Position numbers and translations under genes: made by a program. A stretch of 63,639 bases of DNA, the filler included, from Octopus bimaculoides (Eukaryota), in the NCBI RefSeq assembly GCF_001194135.2. It is 8 parts of 7 records of this genome, joined end to end, with 100 filler letters (N's around TTAATTAATTAA, not from the genome) between each part and the next. Parts side by side here need not be neighbours in the genome. Positions count along the whole stretch, not along the records: positions 61,724 to 63,639 come from NC_068990.1; 7 more parts are not named here. One strand, written 5' to 3'. This document shows positions 63,575-63,639 of the stretch, in pieces. Under the pieces are notes generated by a model. The model worked only from the letters and a program-made list of their open reading frames with translations, did not search any database and was not told the origin of the DNA. Each line of letters begins with the position of its first letter. Positions within the stretch are counted from its first letter, which is position 1.

Positions 63575-63639
63575 ACACATTTCATTTCTTATTTATGTAT
63601 TTATTCATTCATTTATTTATTTTACAAAGTAATTGATGT

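Overview
AT-rich, repeat-dense eukaryotic genomic DNA from a gapped draft scaffold (about 23 N-gaps; seven are 100-bp placeholders containing a TTAATTAATTAA linker). The SINE families and very high microsatellite load suggest an octopus or other coleoid cephalopod (inference). No host protein-coding gene can be called with confidence; the only candidate exon is a CpG-rich stretch at 45.1-45.3 kb. The window consists of decayed mobile elements: a CR1-type LINE, four R4/Dong-type RLE retrotransposon fragments in (TAA)n arrays, Penelope-like element (PLE) remnants, several Tc1/mariner elements (Hsmar1-like, maT/DD37D, Tigger-like MITE) and four tRNA-derived SINE families. Most notable: (1) type I hammerhead ribozyme motifs of the PLE kind, one with an intact core and GUC cleavage site; (2) a head-to-tail stack of Dong-type elements inside the (ATT)n tail of a SINE; (3) a ~1 kb foldback element carrying a patterned telomere-like array; (4) a mariner built from two inverted 5' ends; (5) a 400-bp palindrome with four symmetric CACGTG boxes. 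Almost all ORFs in the supplied track are microsatellite or gap artefacts. All family assignments come from motif recognition by eye, not database searches.
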